From the NCBI GenBank assembly GCA_965222075.1, contig OZ244937.1, positions 1,312,001 through 1,376,000 on the forward strand: a DNA stretch of 64,000 nt, read 5' to 3'. The DNA comes from Candidatus Latescibacterota bacterium. GTDB lineage: Bacteria > Latescibacterota > UBA2968 > GCA-2709665. Both the position numbers and the translations under genes were made by a program. Numbering within the stretch: position 1 is the stretch's first letter; every line of letters starts with the position of its first letter. This document shows, one piece after another, positions 8,530 to 18,276 of this stretch. A model generated the notes under the pieces. It was not told the origin of the DNA and did not search any database. It saw nothing but the letters and a program-made list of their open reading frames with translations.

Positions 8530-10683
8530 ATGCGTAAACTGCGACTATACATCCTCGCAAGCCTATCCATTGTTCTTCTGATCCAACCCCTTCAGGCCGC
8601 GTTACAATCAGGCGTCAATCCGGACTTTGACGGGAGTGGTGTTGTCGATTTTTTCGACTTTTTGCAGTTTGCAGGCAAGTTCGGGTCCAGTCAGGGCGAT
8701 GAGGAGTATGAAGACCGATTCGATCTGGATGGCGATGGCGAGATTGGGTTTGGCGATTTTTTTCAATTTGTCGGGCACTTTGACAAAGCAGTGCCTGTGT
8801 CTGTTGGCACGCTTGATCCCGTGATGGTGAGTGTGGGGGGCGATACTGTGGTGGTGGATGTGTCGGGTGCGTTCAGCGATGCGGACAGCGACACGCTGAC
8901 CTACACGGCAGCGTCGAGTGATACCGCCATTGCGACGGTGAATGTGATGGATGCCGTGGTGAGGATTACCCCTGTGGGTGAGGGTGATGCGACGATCACT
9001 GTGACGGCAAGTGATCCCGGCGGCTTAACCGGTACGCAGACCATTGCCGTGAGAGTGGATGCGGCATTTAAGAGCCTGGGGCTAACGGCTCGTGAGGTGG
9101 TGGACCGGGAAACCCTGAAAGCCTTTGTAGATGGGTTGAAACTTCTTATTCCCATCATTGAGGAAAAAGGTCCTAACTACCTGGCAACCGTCCAGGATGC
9201 AATCAGGACCGAGGGAGGGGATTTCAAGTATGACTCGATCTACCTCATTGTACTGCGTAACGACGGTCTCGTGATCTTTCACGGGGCCGATCCAAGCCAC
9301 GAGAATCAAAACATGATTGATCTCGAAGATGTCAATGGCGTCAAAATTGTACAAGAAATCCTCGCGGCAGCCGCTGCGGGCGGCGGCTTTGTCGAGTATT
9401 ATTGGGACAATCCGGCGGTACAGGGAGACGAAGACATCCACTCGCCCAAGCTGACCTACGCTATCCCGGTTACCTTATTCGGCATAGATGGTGTCGTAGC
9501 CGCTGGCATTTATCTGGGATCCGGTTCTACGGTCCAGGTTGGCGAGGACGAGGCGGTGCAGATCCGTTCGTTGCTCTCGCACACCATTGAGCCGGACCTT
9601 GGCGCGCCGTTGCATTACAGCGTCGAGTTGGCCGTGCGGGATTTCGCCAGGGTACACGGTTACGAGATCGAACTCGGAGAGCCTATAGACGGCATGTGTA
9701 CGCCGGAGGGCGGACGCGCGGGCGCAGAGCAGATCATCGCCGACCCGCAGGTGCTGGGCGTCATCGGCACGTCCTGCTCGGCCGCGGCATTGGAGGCTTC
9801 ACCGCTGCTCAGCGCGGCAGGTCTGGTGATGATCTCGCCATCCAACACGTCGCCTTTGCTCACGTCCGATCTCGCAGGCAACGCGAATTCCAACTATCAC
9901 CCCGGCTATTTCCGCACCTCCAACAACGATCTCTATCAGGCGAAGGCGGTCGCCGACTTCGCCTACAATAAATTGGACCTGCGGCGCATGGTGGCCGTAC
10001 ACGATGGCGATCCGTACACGACGGCCCTGGTGAGTGCATTCGACAATGAGTTCCGCGCCCTTGGCGGTGAAGTCGCGGTCACCGCTGCGATTGAGAAGGG
10101 CGACACGGACATGACGGCCGTCCTCGTGAAATTCGCGGAAGCCGGGCCGGACGGCATCTTCTTCCCGCTCTTCCGCACGGCAGGCTCGCCCTTCGCCCGG
10201 CAGGTGCGGGCGTTCGACGGCCTGGAAGGCGTGACGCTCATCACGGGCGCGGCCATGCTCGTGTCGGAGTTCCTCGGCACGCCGCAGTCGGAGGCCATCT
10301 ACTTCGCAGGGCCGGAGTCGGACCACGGCTCCAACGTCAATGTGGCGACCGGCAAGAACGCGGAGGCGGTGCTCGCCGCGTTTGAAGCTACTTACGGCGG
10401 GTCTCCGGGCACGCCTTACTGGGCGCACGCGTACGACGCCACAACGCTGCTGCTCAGCGCCATCGACTCCGTTGCGGTGGAGGATGGCGGGAAGTTGTAC
10501 ATAAACCGCGCCGCGCTGCGCACGCAGATCAGGGCGACGGCCGACTTTCAGGGCATCACCGGCGTGCTCTCCTGCGACGATTTCGGAGACTTCGGCACCG
10601 GGCGCATCAACATCTACCACCACACGGACCCGGACGTCACGGATACCGCGCAATTGCCGGTGGTCTACCGGTTCGCGCCGTGA
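8530..10683 (+). CDS. Secreted multidomain protein: EF-hand/dockerin-like pair + Ig/cadherin-like + single Cache + branched-chain amino-acid ABC substrate-binding domain
   Basis: Signal peptide; DFDGSGVVDFFDF and DLDGDGEIGFGDF; FSDADSDTLTY...VTASDPGG; DLEDVNG...GGGFVEYYWDNP; IGTSCS, ISPSNTSPLLT, AYDA. Confidence 0.75.
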   Translation: MRKLRLYILASLSIVLLIQPLQAALQSGVNPDFDGSGVVDFFDFLQFAGKFGSSQGDEEYEDRFDLDGDGEIGFGDFFQFVGHFDKAVPVSVGTLDPVMVSVGGDTVVVDVSGAFSDADSDTLTYTAASSDTAIATVNVMDAVVRITPVGEGDATITVTASDPGGLTGTQTIAVRVDAAFKSLGLTAREVVDRETLKAFVDGLKLLIPIIEEKGPNYLATVQDAIRTEGGDFKYDSIYLIVLRNDGLVIFHGADPSHENQNMIDLEDVNGVKIVQEILAAAAAGGGFVEYYWDNPAVQGDEDIHSPKLTYAIPVTLFGIDGVVAAGIYLGSGSTVQVGEDEAVQIRSLLSHTIEPDLGAPLHYSVELAVRDFARVHGYEIELGEPIDGMCTPEGGRAGAEQIIADPQVLGVIGTSCSAAALEASPLLSAAGLVMISPSNTSPLLTSDLAGNANSNYHPGYFRTSNNDLYQAKAVADFAYNKLDLRRMVAVHDGDPYTTALVSAFDNEFRALGGEVAVTAAIEKGDTDMTAVLVKFAEAGPDGIFFPLFRTAGSPFARQVRAFDGLEGVTLITGAAMLVSEFLGTPQSEAIYFAGPESDHGSNVNVATGKNAEAVLAAFEATYGGSPGTPYWAHAYDATTLLLSAIDSVAVEDGGKLYINRAALRTQIRATADFQGITGVLSCDDFGDFGTGRINIYHHTDPDVTDTAQLPVVYRFAP

Positions 10684-10751
10684 GCCTGACGGAAAGCTTC
10701 GGATTGCTGACACCGCGTAACATGGTCGCGCTTGCCATCGTCCGCGAACAA

Positions 10752-11549
10752 TCAATTGCCGGAATTGCGCTCGAGCGTTTCCAGCCAGCGATAGCCGTAG
10801 GTCGGAATATTGGATGACGACTCGGTCATGTCACTGGTAAACATGCTGAATCTTTCGACTCGCAGACGGTAGCTATAGTTGTGCCAGGGTTGGAAATTTA
10901 CGATTTCACTGCGGAACGCTTCACCATTGACGACGTTGCAGTACACTGGATAGTTACTGTCACATCTGGTCCTGTGCGGCCCCACGGTTATTTCCTCTTT
11001 CGTACCCGTCGCTTCAGTTTTTGAGACAACCGCATTCAACACGTATCGACCATCGCTGTACCTATTTACATTGAGGGTATAGTGATAGCCGGCCTCGAAA
11101 TCAAAGTTGGTGATCATATCGTCGTACGGCGCGCCGTCAATCAGCAGACAGAAGTCGTCGATCTGTGCGCATTTTACCCGCGTCGGTCCCACAGATAAGG
11201 TTGCGGGAGTGGACGAAGCGCGGGTTTTTTCCAGTTGTTCCAGCAGACGATAACCGTATCGGCCGGCATCTTGCGGCGGTTCCTCTCCACCCCAGGGGTC
11301 ATATTTCCCGATCCGAAGACGATAGTCGTAGCCGGCCTCGAAATCGAAGCCCTCGATACTATAGTAGACAAATGAGCCGTCAACCACCAGGCAAGACTGT
11401 CTGGCGAAGCCGTAGCATTTGGCCAGGGTCGGGCCGACGGTTACTTCCCGTATCTCAATGTATTTGGGCTTGTTGGGTTCCATCGGACCTTCACAGGCGG
11501 CAAAAACAAGGGCCAACAGGACGAAAAGAAAAGAACATCTGGTGTGCAT
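10752..11549 (-). CDS. Lipoprotein with three DUF4377-like repeats
   Basis: Lipobox LVFAAC; three repeats of VGP..C....CL.VDG.....I.(G/N)F.FEAGY.Y.L. Confidence 0.7.
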   Translation of the reverse strand: MHTRCSFLFVLLALVFAACEGPMEPNKPKYIEIREVTVGPTLAKCYGFARQSCLVVDGSFVYYSIEGFDFEAGYDYRLRIGKYDPWGGEEPPQDAGRYGYRLLEQLEKTRASSTPATLSVGPTRVKCAQIDDFCLLIDGAPYDDMITNFDFEAGYHYTLNVNRYSDGRYVLNAVVSKTEATGTKEEITVGPHRTRCDSNYPVYCNVVNGEAFRSEIVNFQPWHNYSYRLRVERFSMFTSDMTESSSNIPTYGYRWLETLERNSGN

Positions 11550-11633
11550 TAGGGTCACCCTTCGATGTCACTATAATACTGGGCAATCTGGGCAAGTTGG
11601 AGGTGTTCGCCAGAAAACGTGGTTCTCCGAGAG

Positions 11634-12140
11634 CTAGGCATTCGCAACTTCCATTATCGTGGAGAGGAAGGGCTCCTCTTCAAGTTCGATGCACTTGATG
11701 TTCGGAGGCCGTGTCGATATTTTCCATCCCCACTCCTCCACTTCGACTGGTTTCTCTTGAACGATGACGCGGATCATACGGGCAGAAGCTGTTTTCGGGA
11801 CGAGAACAAACTTGACCGTGCCATGCGGCCCGTGCATGTCCACACGACCTTTGGCACCAATCAGATTTGTACCGATGGGATCAAAGCGGACTTTGACAGC
11901 ACCAATCCGGACCTCAAGTGACGTCACTTCATAGCTACCAATGTACTCTTCATTGATTTGCTTTGGGGTCCGTGTAATATGTACTTTACCTTCATCGATA
12001 TATTTCCGAAGAAATCCCTCGGCCAACTGGTAGAATTCATCAAGGTGCCTTATCCAATCGTCGCGTTCTTGGGTCCAGTCAATTGACGGCTTAGCCCTGG
12101 CTACCTGTTGGTTTACAAAATCGTCGAAAGTATCGGTCAT
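11634..12140 (-). CDS. Hypothetical protein
   Basis: 168-aa ORF with GGAG RBS, AT-richer than flanks; contains PIGTNLIGAKGRVD. Confidence 0.7.
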   Translation of the reverse strand: MTDTFDDFVNQQVARAKPSIDWTQERDDWIRHLDEFYQLAEGFLRKYIDEGKVHITRTPKQINEEYIGSYEVTSLEVRIGAVKVRFDPIGTNLIGAKGRVDMHGPHGTVKFVLVPKTASARMIRVIVQEKPVEVEEWGWKISTRPPNIKCIELEEEPFLSTIMEVANA

Positions 12141-12383
12141 TGTGATCTCCTTTGGCTTCTGCCAGACTAATCACATCTGGTCAATTTGCGACATGGTCGT
12201 GTATTATAGCGTTTTTGTCGTTATGTCCGACGCCGAGAACCTTTTCTTGTTCTGCCTGCCATTACCAAACCTTTTCGCCTCCATAATATAACAAATATGT
12301 TGAACTCGGGCATCCGAAATCGGTGGATTGCGAAGAATATGAGCGTGTAGATGTCGGAGACCTCGCCGGGGTGCTCTTCCCGA

Positions 12384-12534
12384 GGCGACAGCCGGCTTTC
12401 AGGGCATCACCGGCGTACTCTCCTGCGACGATTTCGGAGGCTGCGGCACCGGGCGCTTGAACATCTACCACCACATGGACTCGGGCATCACGGACATCGC
12501 GCAATTGCCGGTGGTCTATCGATTCGCGACGTGA
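12384..12534 (+). repeat. Diverged 151-bp copy of the 3' end of the 8530..10683 gene (10533..10683)
   Basis: Direct alignment, e.g. CTTTCAGGGCATCACCGGCGT.CTCTCCTGCGACGATTTCGGAG...GCGCAATTGCCGGTGGTCTA...TTCGCG.CGTGA in both copies. Confidence 0.9.
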
Positions 12535-12879
12535 GGGGTCAAGAAAGGGGGAGTGGTATGAAAGTGGTCCATATTGCCATGGTCGCGCTTGCCATCGTCC
12601 AAATGCTACTGACGGGATTTACCGCCCTGGTCGGCGCGTTCGCCGACGGAGGTAGCGTTTGGGAACGCGCGCTGATTATGGTCGTGCATCCCGTCGCCGC
12701 CATCGCGCTGCTGGTCATGGTGTTGACCCCCCGGGCCGCCCGGTGGCCCACTCGTGTGGCTGTTGTTCTGCTGTTGGTGAGCATCGCCGGGGATGCAGCG
12801 GACGTTGCCATCAGCGAGGGCGCGATGAGGGGGGACAGGTCCCTGACTTTTATATTTACCGGTAATCGGTGTGGTATAC
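12523..12879 (+). pseudogene. Degenerate copy of the small membrane-protein gene (direct repeat of 16313..16680)
   Basis: Near-identical to 16313..16680 but with a 3-bp and an 8-bp deletion (frameshift) and no native 3' end. Confidence 0.88.
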
Positions 12880-12945
12880 ATCCAGCGAGGGCGCGATGAG
12901 GGTTGAAACCTTTTATTAAGCCGTAGTGAGAGGAGCAAGATAACA

Positions 12946-13203
12946 ATGTCTTCTACCGTGCCGATAGAAATACCGCGTGAAATACTCAATATAACCCATA
13001 TGACCCCTGAGGAATTGAAGCGAGAGCTGGCAGTCTATCTGTTCCAGCAGGGCAAGTTGTCTTTCGGCAAAGCGCGAGAAATGGCCGACATGAGCGCGTG
13101 GGACTTCCAGTTCATGCTGGGCAGCAGAAATATCCCTGTCCACTATGACGTGGAGGATTACGAGGAAGATCGGGCGACCTTAAAGGAGCTTGGCCGTCTG
13201 TGA
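12946..13203 (+). CDS. UPF0175 family putative antitoxin
   Basis: ELAVYLFQQGKLSFGKAREMA...YDVEDYEED; GAGGAG RBS. Confidence 0.85.
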   Translation: MSSTVPIEIPREILNITHMTPEELKRELAVYLFQQGKLSFGKAREMADMSAWDFQFMLGSRNIPVHYDVEDYEEDRATLKELGRL

Positions 13204-13313
13204 GTGTCGTGAGCAATGCTTCTACACTCATCGGCTTTGCCCGGGTCAGCGGCGCAGAAGAGCCCCTTCAAACCGGTTCCCTCGCGGAAGACTTAGCACT
13301 GGGAGACGTTTGA
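13200..13313 (+). pseudogene. Truncated DUF3368/PIN-like toxin stub
   Basis: GTGA overlap with the UPF0175 stop. Begins MSVVSNASTLIGFARV (DUF3368-like N-terminus), then diverges and stops after 37 codons. Confidence 0.65.
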
Positions 13314-13495
13314 CTGCTTGGAGAGAACCCTGGAGAACGGGTGTAAATACGGATCGGGCTGAGTCAATCTGAGCCCGATTTTTTTTAAACAAATCTGTTG
13401 ACAACTTAATTGTTGTATTGTAATTTGTCACTAACCGTGGTAAGTCCCCGGCTTTGCTGGGGGCATCTGACTGTATTGTTGAAAAAGGCCTGGCC

Positions 13496-14728
13496 ATGAA
13501 CTCATCCACTGGCCGTTGGGTAAGCGGCGGCGACTTTTTTGATCGTGATCGCGAGTTGGAAGTACTGGAAACGCAGGTCTGTGACCGCAACCACGTGTTG
13601 TTGACCGGACAGCGGCGCATGGGAAAGACCAGCGTCGTCCGGGAACTCGGGCGCCGGCTCGAGGCCAGGGGCTGGATCTTCCTCTTCAGTGATGTAGAAG
13701 GAGCAGTCTGCGCAGAGGATGCGATCGCGGATATCGCACGGGCGGTACACCCGTTTCGTCCGATCGCGTCGCGTTTCGCCACGGGGATGAAGCGCTGGGT
13801 GAGCGCCAACATCGAGGAAATCAGCGCACTCGATTTTAGCGTGAAGATCCGTGCCGGACTGGATGCCGGAACCTGGCGGCGTCACGGGGAGCAGCTACTC
13901 AGCGATTGCGCCGCACAGGACGAGCCGGTGCTCCTGGTCATTGACGAGTTGCCGATCTTCCTCAAGCGGATGCTCCAACACGACGATGGCGACGCGCGAC
14001 GGGTGGACGAATTCCTGAGCTGGTTACGCGGCGTGCTTCAGGCACTCGGCGACGACTCCTTCACCCTCATCGTATCCGGCAGCATCGGGCTCGAACCTCT
14101 CGTGCAAAGGCTCGGCATACCCGACCGCATCAACCATCTCTATCCCTTTCGCCTGGGGCCGTGGGACCGTGACACCAGTATCCAGTGTTTCGATCGTCTT
14201 GCAGAGAATTACGGATTGTCCGTGGAGGACGGCGTGGCGAACGCGGTGTATGAAACACTGGGCATCGGCATTCCTCACCATGTGCAGTCCTTCTTCGCGC
14301 GTCTGCGGGATTTCGCCACGATGCAGGGACGGGACTCGGTGACGGTGGAGGATGTTGGCTATGTGTATCGCACGGGGCTTCTGGGGCCTTCGGGACAGAA
14401 CGATCTCGTTCACTACGAGACGCGGCTCAAAGAGGGGCTGGAAGACGGCAGCTACTCCATTGCCATGGAGATTCTCGCCGAGGCGGCCACCCAGGACGTG
14501 TTTACGCCGGACGCTCGGCGGCACCTCGAACAGTTGTACGCCACGGTCATAGACGATGTGCCCGTGCGCATTGCGTCCGCGCTCGAAGTTTTGGTACACG
14601 ACGGCTATCTCGAAGCTGGCGATGATGGGCATCGCTTTCCGTCGCGCCTGCTGAAGGACTGGTGGTCGGCGCGCTTCCGCGATCACCACATCCCCCTCGA
14701 AAGCCGCTCTCCTGGTGACGAGTCATGA
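13496..14728 (+). CDS. STAND-like/archaeal-type P-loop ATPase
   Basis: FFDRDREL, Walker A GQRRMGKTS, Walker B LLVIDE, SGSIGL. Confidence 0.8.
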   Translation: MNSSTGRWVSGGDFFDRDRELEVLETQVCDRNHVLLTGQRRMGKTSVVRELGRRLEARGWIFLFSDVEGAVCAEDAIADIARAVHPFRPIASRFATGMKRWVSANIEEISALDFSVKIRAGLDAGTWRRHGEQLLSDCAAQDEPVLLVIDELPIFLKRMLQHDDGDARRVDEFLSWLRGVLQALGDDSFTLIVSGSIGLEPLVQRLGIPDRINHLYPFRLGPWDRDTSIQCFDRLAENYGLSVEDGVANAVYETLGIGIPHHVQSFFARLRDFATMQGRDSVTVEDVGYVYRTGLLGPSGQNDLVHYETRLKEGLEDGSYSIAMEILAEAATQDVFTPDARRHLEQLYATVIDDVPVRIASALEVLVHDGYLEAGDDGHRFPSRLLKDWWSARFRDHHIPLESRSPGDES

Positions 14729-16266
14729 GTACAAATGTCATGAACAAACTACGCGATCGTCCGATCCGCAAGTTCAATCCGGGGACGTTTCAGTCCGATA
14801 GGGAGGTGATCGAGCAGTTCGTGGTCCGAAAACACGAGCTCGACATCGTTCTTGAGGTCCTCGGCGGGAACATCGATTCACCGTCGTGTCAGCATGTTCT
14901 GGTTGTCGCCCCCCGCGGTCGGGGAAAAACCATGCTCCTGGCCCGCGCCGCCGCGGAACTGCGCACCGATGACGCACTCTCCGGGCGCCTGTTTCCGGTC
15001 CGTTTCATGGAAGAGAGCCAGGAAATTTTCAATCTGGCCGATTTCTGGCTTGAAACGCTGTTCCACCTTGCCAGGGAGAGCGCCGCACATGATCCCGAGC
15101 TTGCACGGGAACTGCGAGAGACGCACGCCGCCCTGAGCGATCGCTGGCGCGAGCAGGCGCTGGAGGAACGCGCCCGCGCCTCGGTTTTGGAGGTGGCGGA
15201 TCGGCTGGGCAAGAAACTCGTCCTCATGGTCGAGAACTTGCAATCGCTCTGCAAGAATGTGGACAAGGATTTCGGCTGGAAGCTTCGCGGGGTGCTGCAG
15301 TCGGAACCCCAGATCATGTTGCTCGCCTCCGCCACCAGTCGCTTCGCGGGGCTGGACGATGCGAAGCAGCCGTTCTTCGAGCTGTTCCGAATCATTGAAC
15401 TGGGACCGTTGGATACCGACGAATGTTGCCGCCTGTGGCAGGTCGTCAGTGGCAACACAGTACGCGGGCACCAGATCAGGCCGCTTCAGATCCTGACCGG
15501 TGGTAGCCCCCGCCTCCTGGTTATCGTTGCCGGGTTCGCGAGGCACCGGTCCCTGCGCCAGCTGATGGAAGCGTTGGTAACGCTGATCGACGCGCACACC
15601 GAGTATTTCCGTGGTCATCTGGAGGTCTTGGGTAAGACCGAACGCCGTGTTTATCTCTCGGTGATTGATCTCTGGCAACCGTCGAGCACCGGCGAGATCG
15701 CGGTTCGGGCCCGCATGGACGTTCGCGTTGTATCGACCATGCTCGGACGGCTGGTCAACCGGGGCGCGGTGATCCCGGAAGGGAGCGGCAGGAAGCGGCT
15801 GTACGCCGCCGCGGAACGTCTCTACAGCATCTACTACAAGCTGCGGCGCGAACGCGACGAGGCGGCCGTCGTACGAAATCTGATCCACTTTATGGCAGCG
15901 TTCTACAGCAAAGCAGAACTGGCTGAGATGTCCGGCATGCTGGTTGAGGAGTCGGCAAGACACCAGGCCGACATGGATGCGTTTCGCTCTGCGTATGCCG
16001 CGTTTGTCCCCGGCGACGAAACGATGATGCGCGAGATGATAGAGATCGTGCCTGACTTGATCGTATCCGGGGTCTCGGAGCATGACCTTGTCGAGGTCCT
16101 ATCGAGTGACAAGGAGAAATCCGACTCGTTGACACCCCTCGTCGTCGCCCTACGCCAGAACATTGGCGAGGAGGTTCGAGCATCTCCTGAGGTGCTCGAG
16201 GTTGCGACGGATATCCGTAAACTCATCGAAGAAAGATCCGGGCTCCGGAAACCCCTGGAGAGATAA
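14725..16266 (+). CDS. Second STAND-like P-loop ATPase with winged-helix region, translationally coupled to the upstream ATPase
   Basis: ATGA overlap; Walker A APRGRGKT; degenerate Walker B LMVEN; GGSPR; wHTH-like STGEIAVRARMDVRVVSTMLGRL. Confidence 0.78.
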   Translation: MSTNVMNKLRDRPIRKFNPGTFQSDREVIEQFVVRKHELDIVLEVLGGNIDSPSCQHVLVVAPRGRGKTMLLARAAAELRTDDALSGRLFPVRFMEESQEIFNLADFWLETLFHLARESAAHDPELARELRETHAALSDRWREQALEERARASVLEVADRLGKKLVLMVENLQSLCKNVDKDFGWKLRGVLQSEPQIMLLASATSRFAGLDDAKQPFFELFRIIELGPLDTDECCRLWQVVSGNTVRGHQIRPLQILTGGSPRLLVIVAGFARHRSLRQLMEALVTLIDAHTEYFRGHLEVLGKTERRVYLSVIDLWQPSSTGEIAVRARMDVRVVSTMLGRLVNRGAVIPEGSGRKRLYAAAERLYSIYYKLRRERDEAAVVRNLIHFMAAFYSKAELAEMSGMLVEESARHQADMDAFRSAYAAFVPGDETMMREMIEIVPDLIVSGVSEHDLVEVLSSDKEKSDSLTPLVVALRQNIGEEVRASPEVLEVATDIRKLIEERSGLRKPLER

Positions 16267-16347
16267 GGGAGCGGACCCTATGCGACGGGGACCACCTTCA
16301 CCGTCAATAACGTTCGCGACGTGAGGGGTCAAGAAAGGGGGAGTGGT

Positions 16348-16716
16348 ATGAAAGTGGTCCATATTGCCATGGTCGCGCTTGCCATCGTCCAACTGGCGCT
16401 GACGGGATTTACCGCCCTGGTCGGCGCGTTCGCCGACGGAGGTAGCGTTTGGGAACGCGCGCTGATTATGGTTGTGCATCCCGTCGCCGCCATCGCGCTG
16501 CTGGTCATGGTGTTGACCCCCCGGGCCGCCCGGTGGCCCACTCGTGTGGCTGTTGTTCTGCTGTTGGTGAGCATCGCCGGGGATGCAGCGGCCTACGTTG
16601 CCATCAGCGAGGGCGCGATGAGGGGGGACAGGTCCCTGACTTTTATATTCGCCACCATACCGGTAATCGGTGTGGTATACGGATTGATCCGGAGAGCGAG
16701 ACAGGGCCAGGGATAG
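16348..16716 (+). CDS. Small membrane protein (about 4 TM helices)
   Basis: 122 aa, four hydrophobic stretches, GGGGGAG RBS. Confidence 0.7.
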   Translation: MKVVHIAMVALAIVQLALTGFTALVGAFADGGSVWERALIMVVHPVAAIALLVMVLTPRAARWPTRVAVVLLLVSIAGDAAAYVAISEGAMRGDRSLTFIFATIPVIGVVYGLIRRARQGQG

Positions 16717-16753
16717 CGGCACCGATCAAAGCGGTTGAAACCTGTTTCCGGCT

Positions 16754-17125
16754 TCAATCCCTTGGGGGGACCGCGCAGAGGAAGCCCAGGGGCTCGTCGC
16801 CGATGTTTTCAAACTGGTGCTGCTCGTTGGGGGGGATGTAGAGCACATCGTCCACACCTACCTCCACCACTTCCCATCCCATCAACACGCGGGCCTTTCC
16901 CCTGAGGATGTAGACGCCGTGGTCGTGGTCGTGCCGGTCAAAGGAGCTTTGCCCGCCGGGCGCCACTTCGTAGTAGCGCAGGCCGAAGTTGACCGCGCTG
17001 TCTCTGTCGCCGATGAGGACGCACTTGGTGCCTCCCACAGCGCCACCCTTCTCGTACTTCTCTGTCGGAACGCCCTCCCATTCAAAATTCCCGTCCTTGC
17101 CGATGTACCGGTGCAGAACGCCCAT
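16754..17125 (-). CDS. Cupin domain protein
   Basis: DRHDHDHGVYILRG and YIPPNEQHQFEN cupin motifs. Confidence 0.88.
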   Translation of the reverse strand: MGVLHRYIGKDGNFEWEGVPTEKYEKGGAVGGTKCVLIGDRDSAVNFGLRYYEVAPGGQSSFDRHDHDHGVYILRGKARVLMGWEVVEVGVDDVLYIPPNEQHQFENIGDEPLGFLCAVPPRD

Positions 17126-17134
17126 GGGGTCCTC

Positions 17135-18178
17135 TTACATAAAGTTTCTGACCGCGCTTCCGTGCAGTTCGGAGATTTTCTCCGCAGCCGGCCGGTCAAA
17201 GCCCACCTGCATCAGTTCACGGGTGCGGGTCTTGTGCATGGTGTCGTAGAGGTCACGCAGCCGGTCCCTGCCCCGGTCCATCTGATCGGGCGATGAGCCC
17301 CCACCTGCCAGGACCATCATCGCCTTCTGCACGAAGGGGCTGGCGCCTGCGGCCTGCTGCAGGAAGGCGGTGCGCTTTTCTGCGGCTTGCGCCAACTGTT
17401 CCATAATTTGGGGGTTGCGCTCGATTTGATAGCCGATGTGGGAGAGGCCATATCCGACGTGCCGGCCCTCGTCCTGCCGCACGAGCTTGAAAATTTTCTG
17501 CGTGACGGGATCGGGCGCGATCTCTTCCAAGAATTTGAGTAGCTCCATAAAGGTGCCTTCTCCAAGCACGTGAAGGAGGAACGAGGCGTCGGTAAAGTCC
17601 TCCTGCGACAGCAGGCTTTGCAGGGACCACTCCGTGGCAGAAGAGACGTACTGCAGGCCGCCGCCGTTGGCAAGGGCGCGTTTGGTGAAGACCTCCACGT
17701 GGCGGGCCTCGTCCATGACCTGGCTTGAGAGGAACATCACGACCTCGGAGAACGAGGGGTCGATCCTGGGCAGGAATTTGGCGGGCAGGTAGAGCGCCAG
17801 GTATTCGTTCTGGATCATGAAGGTCGAGATCTGGCAGACCGCCTGTTCCAGGTCGCCAGGGAGTTCCGGCAACTCGTGCCAGGGGATATCGGTTGTGGCG
17901 TTCCACTGCCCCTGTTTGGCCTGCTCGACCAGGTCGGCGATGTTGTCCGTCCATACCTCGATTTTGCGATTGATGGGGAAGCCGAAATCGGGGGTGTTGG
18001 GATCCACAATAGACCCTCGCTGGGCCAGACCCTGGTTCGAGGGCGCCTGCTCGGAGACCTCACCTGCCTGCCCGACGAGGCAGTCGCGCAGGTTGATGCC
18101 CTTCCCCTCCTGGGGCAGCACCTTGATGCCCCAGTCCGGCTCTCCCCACCTGGATGTATCGGGAAGTTCGATGTTCAT
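17135..18178 (-). CDS. Ferritin-like (diiron) domain protein
   Basis: Paired carboxylate/His motifs QNEY...DEARH and GEG...DEGRH. Confidence 0.8.
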   Translation of the reverse strand: MNIELPDTSRWGEPDWGIKVLPQEGKGINLRDCLVGQAGEVSEQAPSNQGLAQRGSIVDPNTPDFGFPINRKIEVWTDNIADLVEQAKQGQWNATTDIPWHELPELPGDLEQAVCQISTFMIQNEYLALYLPAKFLPRIDPSFSEVVMFLSSQVMDEARHVEVFTKRALANGGGLQYVSSATEWSLQSLLSQEDFTDASFLLHVLGEGTFMELLKFLEEIAPDPVTQKIFKLVRQDEGRHVGYGLSHIGYQIERNPQIMEQLAQAAEKRTAFLQQAAGASPFVQKAMMVLAGGGSSPDQMDRGRDRLRDLYDTMHKTRTRELMQVGFDRPAAEKISELHGSAVRNFM

Positions 18179-18232
18179 GGGCTGCTCCTTTCGACGGATT
18201 AATGTGAACTTAAACGCTTAAGGCGCCAAACG

Positions 18233-18266
18233 AAAAGGGGATTACGATCGCGCGGTCGTAATCCCC
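18233..18266 (-). terminator. Rho-independent terminator downstream of the tRNA
   Basis: Minus strand GGGGATTACGA-loop-TCGTAATCCCC followed by TTTT. Confidence 0.75.
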
Positions 18267-18276
18267 CCGTAAATTC

